DNA of 64,000 nucleotides from an uncultured delta proteobacterium (GTDB taxonomy: Bacteria; Desulfobacterota; Syntrophia; Syntrophales; UBA2192): the NCBI GenBank assembly GCA_963705165.1, contig CAVPJD010000026.1, positions 1 through 64,000 of the forward strand, given 5' to 3'. The position numbers were made by a program, and so were the translations under genes. This document shows positions 44,502 through 54,401 of this stretch, piece after piece. The stretch's first letter is position 1. Each line of letters begins with the position of its first letter. Below the pieces are notes generated by a model. The model saw only the letters and a list, made by a program, of their open reading frames with translations, was not told the DNA's origin and did not search any database.

Positions 44502-45836
44502 TCAAACCCTGCCTTCGCACTCGGCGGTTGCGGCCGGGTCCGGGTACTGGAAGGTGCGCCCCTGGTAATTCCGGAGTAAAATGTGGTGTTCATCATGACC
44601 GACGACATACCCGGGCAGAAGCGGGATCTTCCCGCCGCCTCCCGGTGCGTCGATGACGTAGGTCGGCACGGCATATCCCGTCGTGTGTCCCCGCAGGCCC
44701 TCGATGATCTCCAGCCCCCTCGAAACGGGCGTCCGGAAATGGGACGAGCCGGTGATCGGGTCGCACTGGTAGAGGTAGTAGGGCTTCACACGATTCATGA
44801 CGAGGTCGTGGACCAACCGTTTCATCGTGTCGACGTTGTCGTTGACTCCGGCAAGCAGCACCGTCTGGCTCCCGAGCGGGATGCCGGCATCGGCCAGTCG
44901 GTTGCAGGCCTGGCTCACCTCGAAGGTCAGTTCCTCGGGATGGGCGAAGTGGATGCTCATCCAGAGCGGATGGTGACGCTTCAGGACGTGGCAGAGGCTT
45001 GCGGTGACCCTCTGCGGAAGCACGACGGGAACCTTCGTCCCGATGCGGATCAGTTCGACGTGCGGGATGGCCCGGAGCCGCGACAACAGCCAATCCAGCG
45101 TTTCGTCGGGAAGGGTCAGCGGGTCTCCCCCGGAGAGCAGGATGTCACGCACCGCCGGTGTGTTCTCGATGTAGGCAATCGCGCGCTCCCATCTCTCGCG
45201 GTCCGCATGAATCTCTTCGTGTCTGCCGACCATGCGCGAGCGGGTGCAGTAACGGCAGTGGGTGGAGCAAAACCCCGTGACGAGAAAGAGAACCCTGTCG
45301 GGATAGCGGTGAACAAGGCCCGGCACAGGGGTATTATGGTCCTCTCCGAGAGGATCGTCCGATTCCTCCCGGGAGCTCTCAAACTCCGCCGTCACCGGAA
45401 CCACCATCCTTCTCAAGGGCTGATCGGCATCCATGGGATCCAGCAGGCTCGCATAGTAGGGTGTGATGTTGAGCGGCATGGCTCCCCCCCTCGCGTGGAT
45501 GGCCATTTCCTCGTCGGCCGAGAGCCAGAGGATTCGCGAGAGCAGCTCGACGCCGGTGATCCGGTTGCGGACCTGCCAGCGCCAGTCGTTCCACTCCGCC
45601 GCAGTGGCCTCGGGGAAAAACTGTTTGCGGAATGCCTGGGAGCGGGGACTCGGCTTGCAGGTGGAAGCCCCCCGGGAGGGCATGAAGAAAACGCGACTGG
45701 TGATCCCGGCCGCGGCAGGCGCCACGGGGGAAGAGGGGAGAGTGTTTTGAATTAGCTCATCCAGAGCTAAACCGGTCATGCCGGCGTGCTGACCTGGAGG
45801 CTCCGCCTCCTGGCTCAGACAGACGTTTTCTTCCAT
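44502..45836 (-). CDS. kamA: KamA-family radical SAM/PLP lysine 2,3-aminomutase
   Basis: WNDWRWQ, GLVHRYPDRV, CSTHCRYC, SGGDPL, PYYLYQCD, DAPGGGGKIP; AGGAGG SD. Confidence 0.9.
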   Translation of the reverse strand: MEENVCLSQEAEPPGQHAGMTGLALDELIQNTLPSSPVAPAAAGITSRVFFMPSRGASTCKPSPRSQAFRKQFFPEATAAEWNDWRWQVRNRITGVELLSRILWLSADEEMAIHARGGAMPLNITPYYASLLDPMDADQPLRRMVVPVTAEFESSREESDDPLGEDHNTPVPGLVHRYPDRVLFLVTGFCSTHCRYCTRSRMVGRHEEIHADRERWERAIAYIENTPAVRDILLSGGDPLTLPDETLDWLLSRLRAIPHVELIRIGTKVPVVLPQRVTASLCHVLKRHHPLWMSIHFAHPEELTFEVSQACNRLADAGIPLGSQTVLLAGVNDNVDTMKRLVHDLVMNRVKPYYLYQCDPITGSSHFRTPVSRGLEIIEGLRGHTTGYAVPTYVIDAPGGGGKIPLLPGYVVGHDEHHILLRNYQGRTFQYPDPAATAECEGRV

Positions 45837-46308
45837 CCGTTGTCCTCCTGACGTACGTTCTTGACGATGAACTGTTCTCTGTCGCGCTTTCAATAGAGTT
45901 CCCGTAGCCTGAGTCGCGTTACCACTATTTCATCGCCGAGCTGGCTGAAAAACGGCCTCCATAAAGAAGTTTCACTTGTTTCCTTTGTAAGCGAGAAATA
46001 TTTTTTGTCAAGCGTTTTCTGCAATTTTTGTGCACTTTTTGAAATATTTTTTCGATGGAATTACGCGTACATCAATCGGCTGTGCAAGATGCTTGCCACG
46101 ACGCGGTTTCAAGGCACCCCCCTCAGGGATCGGTTATTTTTTCTGACGATTCACGATACAATGCCGTGAAACTCTTTACTGACGCATGTTTCAAGGAACA
46201 CATATTTACATGCTCCTTCCGGCCCGATCGGGGCAACGGACTTGCCTTTTCGGCCTTCATCATATAAATTAGCGAAGAAAATTTGACACCCGAGGGAAAA
46301 CGTTCCCC

Positions 46309-46524
46309 ATGATCGTCACGGACAGCAAAGAATTCTGCCAGGTCTGCAAGACAAAGCGTTCCATTGTACTCTGCGACGGCTGCTCCATTCATCTCTGCGG
46401 CGACTGTCGCCGCTGGGACCTCTGGGGCTATGGGTGCGGGCACGTCGACACCAAGGCCTTCTGCGCGAGCTGCTACGAGAATCCGACCGTGAACCCTTAC
46501 GGAGGAAACCACGGGGAGTCATGA
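46309..46524 (+). CDS. Small Cys-rich zinc-finger-like protein
   Basis: Four CxxC pairs plus CGH in 71 aa; ATGA overlap with the radical SAM gene. Confidence 0.75.
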   Translation: MIVTDSKEFCQVCKTKRSIVLCDGCSIHLCGDCRRWDLWGYGCGHVDTKAFCASCYENPTVNPYGGNHGES

Positions 46525-47396
46525 AGTACGAAGGAGACATCATCCGGCCTCCCAGCGAGGCAACCAGCCTGCTGCTGCAAGTCGCCGTCGGCTGCTCGCA
46601 CAACCGGTGCACATTCTGCCCGAGCTTCAAGGCCAAGCGTTTCCGCATCAAGAGCCTCGAGGAGATCGAAGAAGATCTGGAATATGCATCCCGGAGGATC
46701 CGTCAGGTCGACAAGCTTTTCCTCTGCGACGGTGACGCCCTCATCATCCCGCAAAAGCGACTCATCGATATCTTCGATGCCATCCGGAAGCACCTGCCCG
46801 GAATCCGCCGCATCGGGACCTACGCCAACGCGAAGAGCCTCCTGAAAAAGTCCGTCGAGGAGCTTCGCGAACTGAAGGAACGGGGACTCGGCATCGTCTA
46901 CCTGGGGATCGAGACGGGCAACGCGGAGCTGCTGCAGAAAATCCGCAAGGGCGCCACCTGCGAGCAGATCGTAGAAGCAGCGAAACGGGTAAAGGAAGCG
47001 GGGATCACGCTTTCCGTAACGGTGCTTCTCGGCATCGGCGGTGTCGAGAAGAGTATGGAGCACGCCCGGGACACAGCCCGCATTCTCACGGACGTGGACC
47101 CTGATTTCGCCGGTGTCCTGACCGTCATGATCGCCCCGGACACACCCCTCTACGAAGAAGCACGGGCCGGGACCTTCGTGCTGCCGGGAACCTTCGATCT
47201 TCTGAACGAGCTGGGCGTCATCGTATCAAACTCGCGTTTCAGCAACTGCTTCTTCACCGCCAATCACGCCTCCAACTACTTGTCCATCCGCGGCCGGATG
47301 CCCCGGGATCAAGAGAAGATGGTCCGCCTCATCGACGAGGTCGTCCGGCGCGGCGATGCATCGATGCTGAGACCCGAATCCATGCGGGGCCTTTGA
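46521..47396 (+). CDS. Radical SAM protein of unknown function
   Basis: IRPPSEA..GCSHNRCTFC (CxxxCxxC), FLCDGDA, YLGIETG, ANHASNYL. Confidence 0.88.
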   Translation: MKYEGDIIRPPSEATSLLLQVAVGCSHNRCTFCPSFKAKRFRIKSLEEIEEDLEYASRRIRQVDKLFLCDGDALIIPQKRLIDIFDAIRKHLPGIRRIGTYANAKSLLKKSVEELRELKERGLGIVYLGIETGNAELLQKIRKGATCEQIVEAAKRVKEAGITLSVTVLLGIGGVEKSMEHARDTARILTDVDPDFAGVLTVMIAPDTPLYEEARAGTFVLPGTFDLLNELGVIVSNSRFSNCFFTANHASNYLSIRGRMPRDQEKMVRLIDEVVRRGDASMLRPESMRGL

Positions 47397-47411
47397 ATGA
47401 GACGTCCCACG

Positions 47412-48254
47412 ATGTTCAGCCATGCCGTGGAGCGCCTGAAGTCCTTCTTCGACAGCGGGAAGGAGCGGAAACAGTCACGCCTCGAGGAGGAGATCCAGTC
47501 CATCATCGACGAAGGGGAAGAGAAGGGGCTCATCGACGAGAAATCGGGCGAGATGATCCAGAGCATCCTGGAATTTCGCGATACGGTGGCCCGGGAGGTG
47601 ATGATCCCCCGCACGGACATCGTGGCGATCCCGAGCGATGCCCCCATCGGAGAGATCATCGACCAGGTCACCCGGCACGGCTACACCCGGTTGCCCGTCT
47701 ACGACGGCAGCGTGGACAATATCATCGGCGTCCTGAACGTCAAGGACCTGCTGCGCCTCTGGGCGATGCCCGTCGGTGAGGCGGACCTCAAGCCGCTTCT
47801 GCGCAAGCCCTACTTCATCCCCGAGACGAAGAACATCCACCTGCTTCTTCACGAGCTCAAAGGGGAAAGGCAGCACATGGCCATCGTCATCGACGAGTAC
47901 GGCGGGACGGCTGGCCTCGTGACCCTGGAGGATCTCATTGAGGAGATCGTCGGCGAGATCCGCGACGAGAACGAAGCCGATGAGACCGGCTTCGCGGAGC
48001 TGCCGGACGGTTCGGTGCTCGTGGACAGCCGTGTCGAGATCGAAAAGCTCGAGGCGCGCTTTGGCATCGCCATCCCGGAAGGAAAATACGAAACCCTGTC
48101 GGGTTTCATTCTGCACCTCATCCGCAAAATTCCCCTCACCGGGGATGTCATCCGCCACGGCGAGCTGGAAATGATCGTCGCCTCGGCAGACGAAAGAAGC
48201 ATCAAGAAGGTCAAGATACGAAAAATGGGAGAGACGGCGCCATTAATGCTCTAA
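47412..48254 (+). CDS. corC: CorC/HlyC CBS-domain protein
   Basis: REVMIPR, TRLPVY, VIDEYGGTAGLVTLEDLIEEIVGEI; upstream of lnt. Confidence 0.85.
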   Translation: MFSHAVERLKSFFDSGKERKQSRLEEEIQSIIDEGEEKGLIDEKSGEMIQSILEFRDTVAREVMIPRTDIVAIPSDAPIGEIIDQVTRHGYTRLPVYDGSVDNIIGVLNVKDLLRLWAMPVGEADLKPLLRKPYFIPETKNIHLLLHELKGERQHMAIVIDEYGGTAGLVTLEDLIEEIVGEIRDENEADETGFAELPDGSVLVDSRVEIEKLEARFGIAIPEGKYETLSGFILHLIRKIPLTGDVIRHGELEMIVASADERSIKKVKIRKMGETAPLML

Positions 48255-48301
48255 AGACACCCCCGTTGCGGCTGCAAGCCCCGGGAAGGGTGGGGCGCGG
48301 C

Positions 48302-49834
48302 GTGAAAACGGCGAGCCTGGCCGTTCTGTCCGGGATTCTCCTCGTGCTCTCTTTTCCCAAGTTCGGGCACTGGAGTGTCGCCTGGGTGGCGTTGATCCCG
48401 CTGCTGCTTGCATTGAGGCGCATTGCTTTCCCGCAGGCGGTGCTCGCGGGGATTCTCGCCGGTTTCGTGCAGCACGTGGGGCTTATGTACTGGGTGACCC
48501 ACGTCGTCGTCCACTACGGCAAGCTGCCCCTTGCGCTGGGCGTCCCCGTGATGATGCTGCTGGCCCTGTACCTGAGCCTCTACACGGGGCTTTTCGCCGG
48601 CGGGGTGGTCTTCTTCCGGAACCGCGGGATCCCGGCCGTTGCGTCCGCCCCTCTGCTCTGGACGGTCCTCGAGTATGCCAAGTCGATGCTCCTCACAGGC
48701 TTTCCCTGGGAGAACCTGGCCCACTCCCAGTTTCTGAACCTCCCGCTCATCCAGCTGGCGGACATCACGGGCAGCTACGGGGTGAGCTTTCTCATCGTCC
48801 TGGTCAATGCGGCGATCTGCGCATTCATCGGCACGGACGACGGGGGGCGCAGGAAAGCCGCGGCCGGCGCCGCGGTCGCGGTGCTGCTCGTTACCCTGGC
48901 CGCGGGCTACGGGTTCTGGCGCATCGGGGATGTCACCACCCGTTTCGAAGCGGTTCCACGCCAGACGGTGGCCCTCATCCAGGGCAACATCGACCAGAGC
49001 ATCAAGTGGGACCCGACCTTCCAGAAGGAGACCCTGAGGATCTACCGGGAGCTTTCCCTGCAGGCCGCAAAGGAGAGGCCGCAACTGATCATCTGGCCCG
49101 AGACGGCAACCCCCTTCATGTTCCAGAACCGCGATGAGCTCCACGACGCCGTCGTGGACACGGCAAAGAGCACCGGCGCCTGGCTGATCTTCGGCTCTCC
49201 CAGTTACACGCGCCACGAAGGGGAGCTCCGGTTCCAGAACAGCGTCTTCGTCCTTTCGCCCGACGGTGAGATCGTCGGCAAGTACAACAAGGTTCATCTG
49301 GTTCCCTACGGGGAATACGTACCGCTGAGGCCACTTTTCCCCTTCATCGAAAAGCTGGCCGTAGGGGTGGGAGACTTTTTGGCCGGGACGAAATTTGACC
49401 CGGTAACGGTTGCAGGCAAACCGGTGGGGTTTCTCATTTGCTACGAGGGGATCTTTCCGGAGATCGGCCGCGCCTGGGGTCGCAGCGATGCGTCGCTCCT
49501 CGTGAACGTCACGAATGACGCATGGTTTGGCACAACTTCTGCACCATTCCAGCACCTCTCGATGACGGTTTTCAGGGCCGTGGAAAACAGGCTTTACGTG
49601 GTGCGGGCTGCCAATACGGGGGTGAGCGCCATCATCGATGCAACGGGGCTGATTACGGCACAGACCGAATTGTTCGTGCGAACATTTCTGAAGGGCCCCG
49701 TGCAGATCCATCGGGTTCAGACATTCTATACAACATACGGCGATCTTTTCGTCTTTTTATGCATGATCGCCCTGCTTGTGCTATTCTACAAACCGGGAGG
49801 AAGAAGGCCATGGTCGAAGAAATTCAGGAAATGA
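48302..49834 (+). CDS. lnt: Apolipoprotein N-acyltransferase
   Basis: GFPW, QGNI, WPETA, KVHLVPYGEY, ICYE, TNDAWFG, RAANTGVS. Confidence 0.96.
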   Translation: MKTASLAVLSGILLVLSFPKFGHWSVAWVALIPLLLALRRIAFPQAVLAGILAGFVQHVGLMYWVTHVVVHYGKLPLALGVPVMMLLALYLSLYTGLFAGGVVFFRNRGIPAVASAPLLWTVLEYAKSMLLTGFPWENLAHSQFLNLPLIQLADITGSYGVSFLIVLVNAAICAFIGTDDGGRRKAAAGAAVAVLLVTLAAGYGFWRIGDVTTRFEAVPRQTVALIQGNIDQSIKWDPTFQKETLRIYRELSLQAAKERPQLIIWPETATPFMFQNRDELHDAVVDTAKSTGAWLIFGSPSYTRHEGELRFQNSVFVLSPDGEIVGKYNKVHLVPYGEYVPLRPLFPFIEKLAVGVGDFLAGTKFDPVTVAGKPVGFLICYEGIFPEIGRAWGRSDASLLVNVTNDAWFGTTSAPFQHLSMTVFRAVENRLYVVRAANTGVSAIIDATGLITAQTELFVRTFLKGPVQIHRVQTFYTTYGDLFVFLCMIALLVLFYKPGGRRPWSKKFRK

Positions 49835-50917
49835 TGACGGACATCAAGAAGCGGGTGGAAACCCTGCGAGGTTGCCTTTGACATCGGCGGACTGACGCAG
49901 CGTCTTGCCGAACTCGAAAAGGAGACGGCCAAGGCGAACCTATGGGACGATCCGGAGCGGGCAAAGGACGTCCTGAGGGAGAAAAACAAGCTCGAGTCCA
50001 CCCTCCAGGCCTGGTCAGGGATGGACCGTGAGTTGAAGGACCTGGATGTCCTGTTCGAACTGGCCCGTGAGGCTCAGGACGAAAAGACCTTCGAAGAGGT
50101 CAAGGAAAGTCTCGACCACCTTGCATCGACCGTGCGGGGCGAAGAAATCCGCCGCATGCTGGGAAGGGAGGAAGACCGGCTCAACGCCATCCTCACCATC
50201 CATGCCGGCGCCGGCGGCACGGAAGCCCAGGACTGGGCGGAGATCCTTCTGCGCATGTACCTGCGATGGGCGGAAAAAAAGAGCTACAGGACACAGATCC
50301 TGGACTTCCAGCCCGGTGAAGAGGCCGGGATCAAGAGCACAACCGTCGAAGTGGAAGGGGAATACGCCTTCGGTTACGCCAGGGCCGAATCGGGGATTCA
50401 TCGTCTCGTCCGGATATCGCCCTTCGATGCCGCCGCGAGGCGTCACACCTCCTTTGCGTCGGTCTTTGTCTATCCCGAGGTCGGGGACGAGATCGTCATC
50501 GACGTCGACGAAAAGGACCTGAGGGTCGACACGTATCGTTCATCGGGGAAGGGCGGGCAGCACGTGAACAAGACGGACTCGGCTGTCCGGATCACCCACC
50601 TGCCCACAGGCATCGTCGTGCAGTGCCAGAACGAGCGCTCCCAGCACAAGAACAAGGCCATGGCGATGAAAGTGCTCCGCTCCAGGCTCTACGAGATGAA
50701 ACTCCAGGAGCAGAGCGCCAAGATGGACGTGCTGCACAAAACGAAAAAGGACATCGCCTGGGGCAGCCAGATCCGGTCCTACGTGCTCCACCCCTACAAG
50801 ATGATCAAGGACCACCGGACGAACCTCGAGGTTGGAAATGTCCAGAAGATTCTCGACGGGGATCTCGACGAGCTCATCGAGGCCTACCTGATCAGCGCCT
50901 CGCAGTCCCCCTCGTGA
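49810..50917 (+). CDS. prfB: Peptide chain release factor 2 with programmed +1 frameshift (49810-49878 joined to 49880-50917)
   Basis: GAGGT-tgc-CTTTGAC slippery site; SPF and GGQ motifs in the +1 frame. Confidence 0.96.
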
Positions 50918-51037
50918 CCGGTGCACCGAAATTTGCATGGGATACGGGCAGACGGGTACGCCGGGAATTACCCGTTGACAGTTTGAAACAATGCCGATAG
51001 AAGCCAGAGTGATCCTGCACCCGGCAAGGCTTCAGCC

Positions 51038-52858
51038 ATGAAAGGAACAATTCGAATGTCGTCATTAAAGTGGGGCTGCTGTCTACTCGTCCTCCTTTTC
51101 CTGTGTGCCTGCTCGACAACGGCGCAGATCAGCTCCGATCCCCAGGGAAAAGTCGGCACGGCCGATGCCTCCGACAAGCAGGCGGCCAAGAAGAATGTAA
51201 AAAACGGCAAGTCAAACGGCTCATCGGCGACGCTCACACGAAACGCCAACGGCAAGACGCCCGAAAAAGCGCAGGGACTCGGCCCGGGATTCTCCGGCAT
51301 GGATCCCTCGGGGAAGGCTCCCGAGGATTGCCCGCCCGGAGCGCAACCCGGCGCTCTCGCCACGGGGCAGACGGTGAAATCGACGGGAAACAATGGACAG
51401 GACAACGGCGACTCCGCGATCGAAGAAGACGTCGATGAGGTCGTGGAGCTCCTCAGGCTGGCCCAGGCCTACCGGGACAAGGGCGATATGGATAATGCCC
51501 TGAAATCCCTGGACAAGGCCTACGGCATCCTGCTGGCCGAGGAGGATGACAACTCCGTCATCGTCCGGCAGAAGGACGATCTGCGTCTGATCATCGCCCG
51601 GAAAATCCTCGAAATCTATACGGGAAGGCGAACGGCGACGATCGGAAAAGCCAGCGAAATCCCCCTCAACCTGAACGCCGACGTGGAAAAGGAGATCCGG
51701 AGCTTCCAGACGATCGAGAGGACCTTCTTCGAGCGCTCCTACGAGCGGTCCGGCTATTATCTGCCCTTCATGAAGCAGCAGTTGAGGCAGGCGGGGCTTC
51801 CGGAGGAGTTGGCATGGCTCCCCCTCGTGGAAAGCGGCTTCCAGGTCCATGCCCTTTCCAAGGCGCGGGCTCTCGGACCCTGGCAGTTCATCCCGTCGAC
51901 GGGCTACAAATACGGACTCAACCGGGATCTCTTCATCGACGAGCGCATGAGCGTGGAGAAATCAACGCAGGCCGCCATTGCCTACCTGACGGATCTTCAC
52001 GGGCTGTTCGGCGACTGGCTCACGGCTCTGGCCGCCTACAACTGCGGGGAAGGGCGGGTCCTCAAGGTCATCTCGCGCCAGCAGATCAACTACCTCGATC
52101 ACTTCTGGGATCTCTACCGCCAGCTTCCCAACGAAACGGCCCGTTACGTGCCGCGGTTCCTGGCCACCCTGCATATCGTGAAGAATCCGAAGAAATACGG
52201 AATGAACCTTCCCGAGCCCTATGCAAAGCCGATCGCCTACGAGACGGTCAAGACCCAAAAGTCCATGAAGCTCTTCGACATCGCCTGCCAGATAGGCATC
52301 TCGACGGACACGCTGGTCATGCTCAACCCCGAGCTTCGGCACCAGATGACCCCGGACAGGCCTTACGAGCTCAAAATCCCCCAGGGGATGGGTCAACAGT
52401 ACGCGCTCGTCGCAGACCAGATCAAGGAGTCGAGACCGCCGGCTCCGCCGGAGCGCGAGCGCAAGACCAAGGTTGTCAAATACAAAGTGAAGAGTGGCGA
52501 CACGCTCGCATCGATTTCGAAGAAATTCGGCGCTTCGTCGAAATCCATTCTCTCCGCCAACGGCCTGAAGAGCGAAAGCCAGGTCACGGAAGGAAAGATC
52601 CTCAAGATCCCCGTAAAGCAACAGGAGAAGGGAACGCAGGTGGCATCGGGCAAAAAGGGCAAATCCAAGAAAACAGCCGCCGCAGAGCCGACCGTGATCA
52701 AGTACACGGTCAAGAAGGGGGACACCCTGACCCAGATCGCAAAGCGCTACAGTACGACCACGGCAGAAATCATGAAATTGAATCATCTCCAGGGGGGACA
52801 GCTCAAGAGCGGGCAGGTCCTGAAAATCAAGAACCCGAACGCGGAAACCGGGGGCTGA
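51038..52858 (+). CDS. MltD-like lytic transglycosylase lipoprotein with LysM domains
   Basis: Lipobox LCAC, LVESGF, GPWQFI, LAAYNCGEG, ETARYVP, two VKxGDTL LysM repeats. Confidence 0.9.
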   Translation: MKGTIRMSSLKWGCCLLVLLFLCACSTTAQISSDPQGKVGTADASDKQAAKKNVKNGKSNGSSATLTRNANGKTPEKAQGLGPGFSGMDPSGKAPEDCPPGAQPGALATGQTVKSTGNNGQDNGDSAIEEDVDEVVELLRLAQAYRDKGDMDNALKSLDKAYGILLAEEDDNSVIVRQKDDLRLIIARKILEIYTGRRTATIGKASEIPLNLNADVEKEIRSFQTIERTFFERSYERSGYYLPFMKQQLRQAGLPEELAWLPLVESGFQVHALSKARALGPWQFIPSTGYKYGLNRDLFIDERMSVEKSTQAAIAYLTDLHGLFGDWLTALAAYNCGEGRVLKVISRQQINYLDHFWDLYRQLPNETARYVPRFLATLHIVKNPKKYGMNLPEPYAKPIAYETVKTQKSMKLFDIACQIGISTDTLVMLNPELRHQMTPDRPYELKIPQGMGQQYALVADQIKESRPPAPPERERKTKVVKYKVKSGDTLASISKKFGASSKSILSANGLKSESQVTEGKILKIPVKQQEKGTQVASGKKGKSKKTAAAEPTVIKYTVKKGDTLTQIAKRYSTTTAEIMKLNHLQGGQLKSGQVLKIKNPNAETGG

Positions 52859-52868
52859 TCCAAGAGGG

Positions 52869-53372
52869 CTAGAGCCTGAAGTCCAGCCGGTAGCCCCGGA
52901 TCTCGAAGAAGACGGCTTGCTGTACGGCAGACATGATGCGGGCCCTGGCGATCCCTTTGGGCCCCTCGTGGTCATACCCTGCAAGATGCAGGATACCGTG
53001 AATGATGAGATAGAGGATGGCATCATCGACGGGGATCCCCGCTGTGCGAGCCTCCCTGGCCGCCGTCTGAGCGGAGACGACCACATCCCCCAGCACTCCC
53101 GGGTTGACATCGCCGAAATCCCCCTCCGTGAGTGAAAAGGCAATTACGTTCGTCGGCCGATCCCGCCGGAGATAGTCCCTGTTGATCGTTCGGATCCCCT
53201 CGTCGTCGACAATCATGAGGCTCAACTCCCGCGGCCCGGTTCCCAGAAGAGCGAGGATTTTCTTTATATCCCTACGCAGCCCGTTTCGGTCCACTTTCAC
53301 CAGCTTCTGGTCGCTGGCGATCCGGATCACCCCCGCCTTCTGCATTTTCTTTGTTTTAATCTTTTTCTTCAT
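52869..53372 (-). CDS. ybeY: rRNA maturation endoribonuclease YbeY
   Basis: TNVIAF, LGDVV, HGILHLAGYDH. Confidence 0.95.
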   Translation of the reverse strand: MKKKIKTKKMQKAGVIRIASDQKLVKVDRNGLRRDIKKILALLGTGPRELSLMIVDDEGIRTINRDYLRRDRPTNVIAFSLTEGDFGDVNPGVLGDVVVSAQTAAREARTAGIPVDDAILYLIIHGILHLAGYDHEGPKGIARARIMSAVQQAVFFEIRGYRLDFRL

Positions 53373-53407
53373 CACTAGACACTAGTCACAGATCACTAGC
53401 CACATCT

Positions 53408-54391
53408 TCATTCTTCCCTGCCGTTCGTCTTCTTCCGGCTCAGGTGATTGTAGGCCTTGATGATCGCCGAGACGAGGGGGTGCCGCACCACGTCGATTTC
53501 GGAGAAATAGACGAATTGGATCCCCTCCGTGCTGCCCAGGATCTGCTCTACCTCCACGAGCCCGGAGGTCTTGCCGGAGGGAAGGTCGATCTGGGTCACA
53601 TCGCCCGTGACGACGGCCTTGGCACCCCATCCGAGCCGCGTGACGAACATCTTCATCTGCTCCGACGTCGTGTTCTGCGCCTCGTCCAGGATAATAAAGG
53701 AGTCGTTCAGGGTTCGCCCCCGCATGAAGGCGAGCGGCGCCACCTCGATGATCCCCTTTTCCATCAGGGCCTGGGCCTTGTCGAATTCCATCATGTCGTA
53801 GAGCGCGTCGTAAACGGGCCGCAGGTAGGGGTTTACTTTCTCCACGAGATCGCCTGGAAGAAAGCCCAGCCGCTCACCGGCCTCGACGGCGGGCCTCGTG
53901 AGGACGATTCGGTTCACCCGGCGGTCCATGAGATACGAAACGGCCATGGCCATGGCCAGGTAGGTCTTCCCCGTTCCCGCCGGTCCGATCCCGAAGACCA
54001 TGTCGCTCTTCCGGATGGCGTCGATGTATTGCTTCTGGGCGATGCTCTTGGGCGTAATGACCCGTTTCTTCGAAGAGATGTAGACCTTGTCGAGGAAGAT
54101 CTCCTCGAGCCGCACGGAACGATTCTCCGAGAGGATGCGATGGGCAAAACCGATGTCCGTGGAGTATACGGGAAATCCTTTCTGGATCAAGCGGCAGATC
54201 TGCCCGAGGAGATTTTCCACGAGATCGACGGAGTGAGCTTCGCCGGTGAGCGTGATCTTATCCCCGCGTGCTGTGATCCGGATCCCCGCCAGCTTTTCGA
54301 TGAGCCGGAGATTCTTGTCACCGTCCCCGAGAAGGGTTTTGAAGGCGTTTGGGTCGGGGAAGGTGATTGGTTTGGTGGTCTCGTCCTTCAA
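53408..54391 (-). CDS. phoH: PhoH-family ATPase
   Basis: [33 protein letters not shown]. Confidence 0.93.
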   Translation of the reverse strand: MKDETTKPITFPDPNAFKTLLGDGDKNLRLIEKLAGIRITARGDKITLTGEAHSVDLVENLLGQICRLIQKGFPVYSTDIGFAHRILSENRSVRLEEIFLDKVYISSKKRVITPKSIAQKQYIDAIRKSDMVFGIGPAGTGKTYLAMAMAVSYLMDRRVNRIVLTRPAVEAGERLGFLPGDLVEKVNPYLRPVYDALYDMMEFDKAQALMEKGIIEVAPLAFMRGRTLNDSFIILDEAQNTTSEQMKMFVTRLGWGAKAVVTGDVTQIDLPSGKTSGLVEVEQILGSTEGIQFVYFSEIDVVRHPLVSAIIKAYNHLSRKKTNGREE

Positions 54392-54401
54392 ACCATTGTC
54401 C

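Noticed and set aside
44502..45836. kamA as EF-P modification enzyme EpmB
   Set aside because: No efp or epmA nearby; the length and GGGGK motif resemble KamA/AblA-type enzymes
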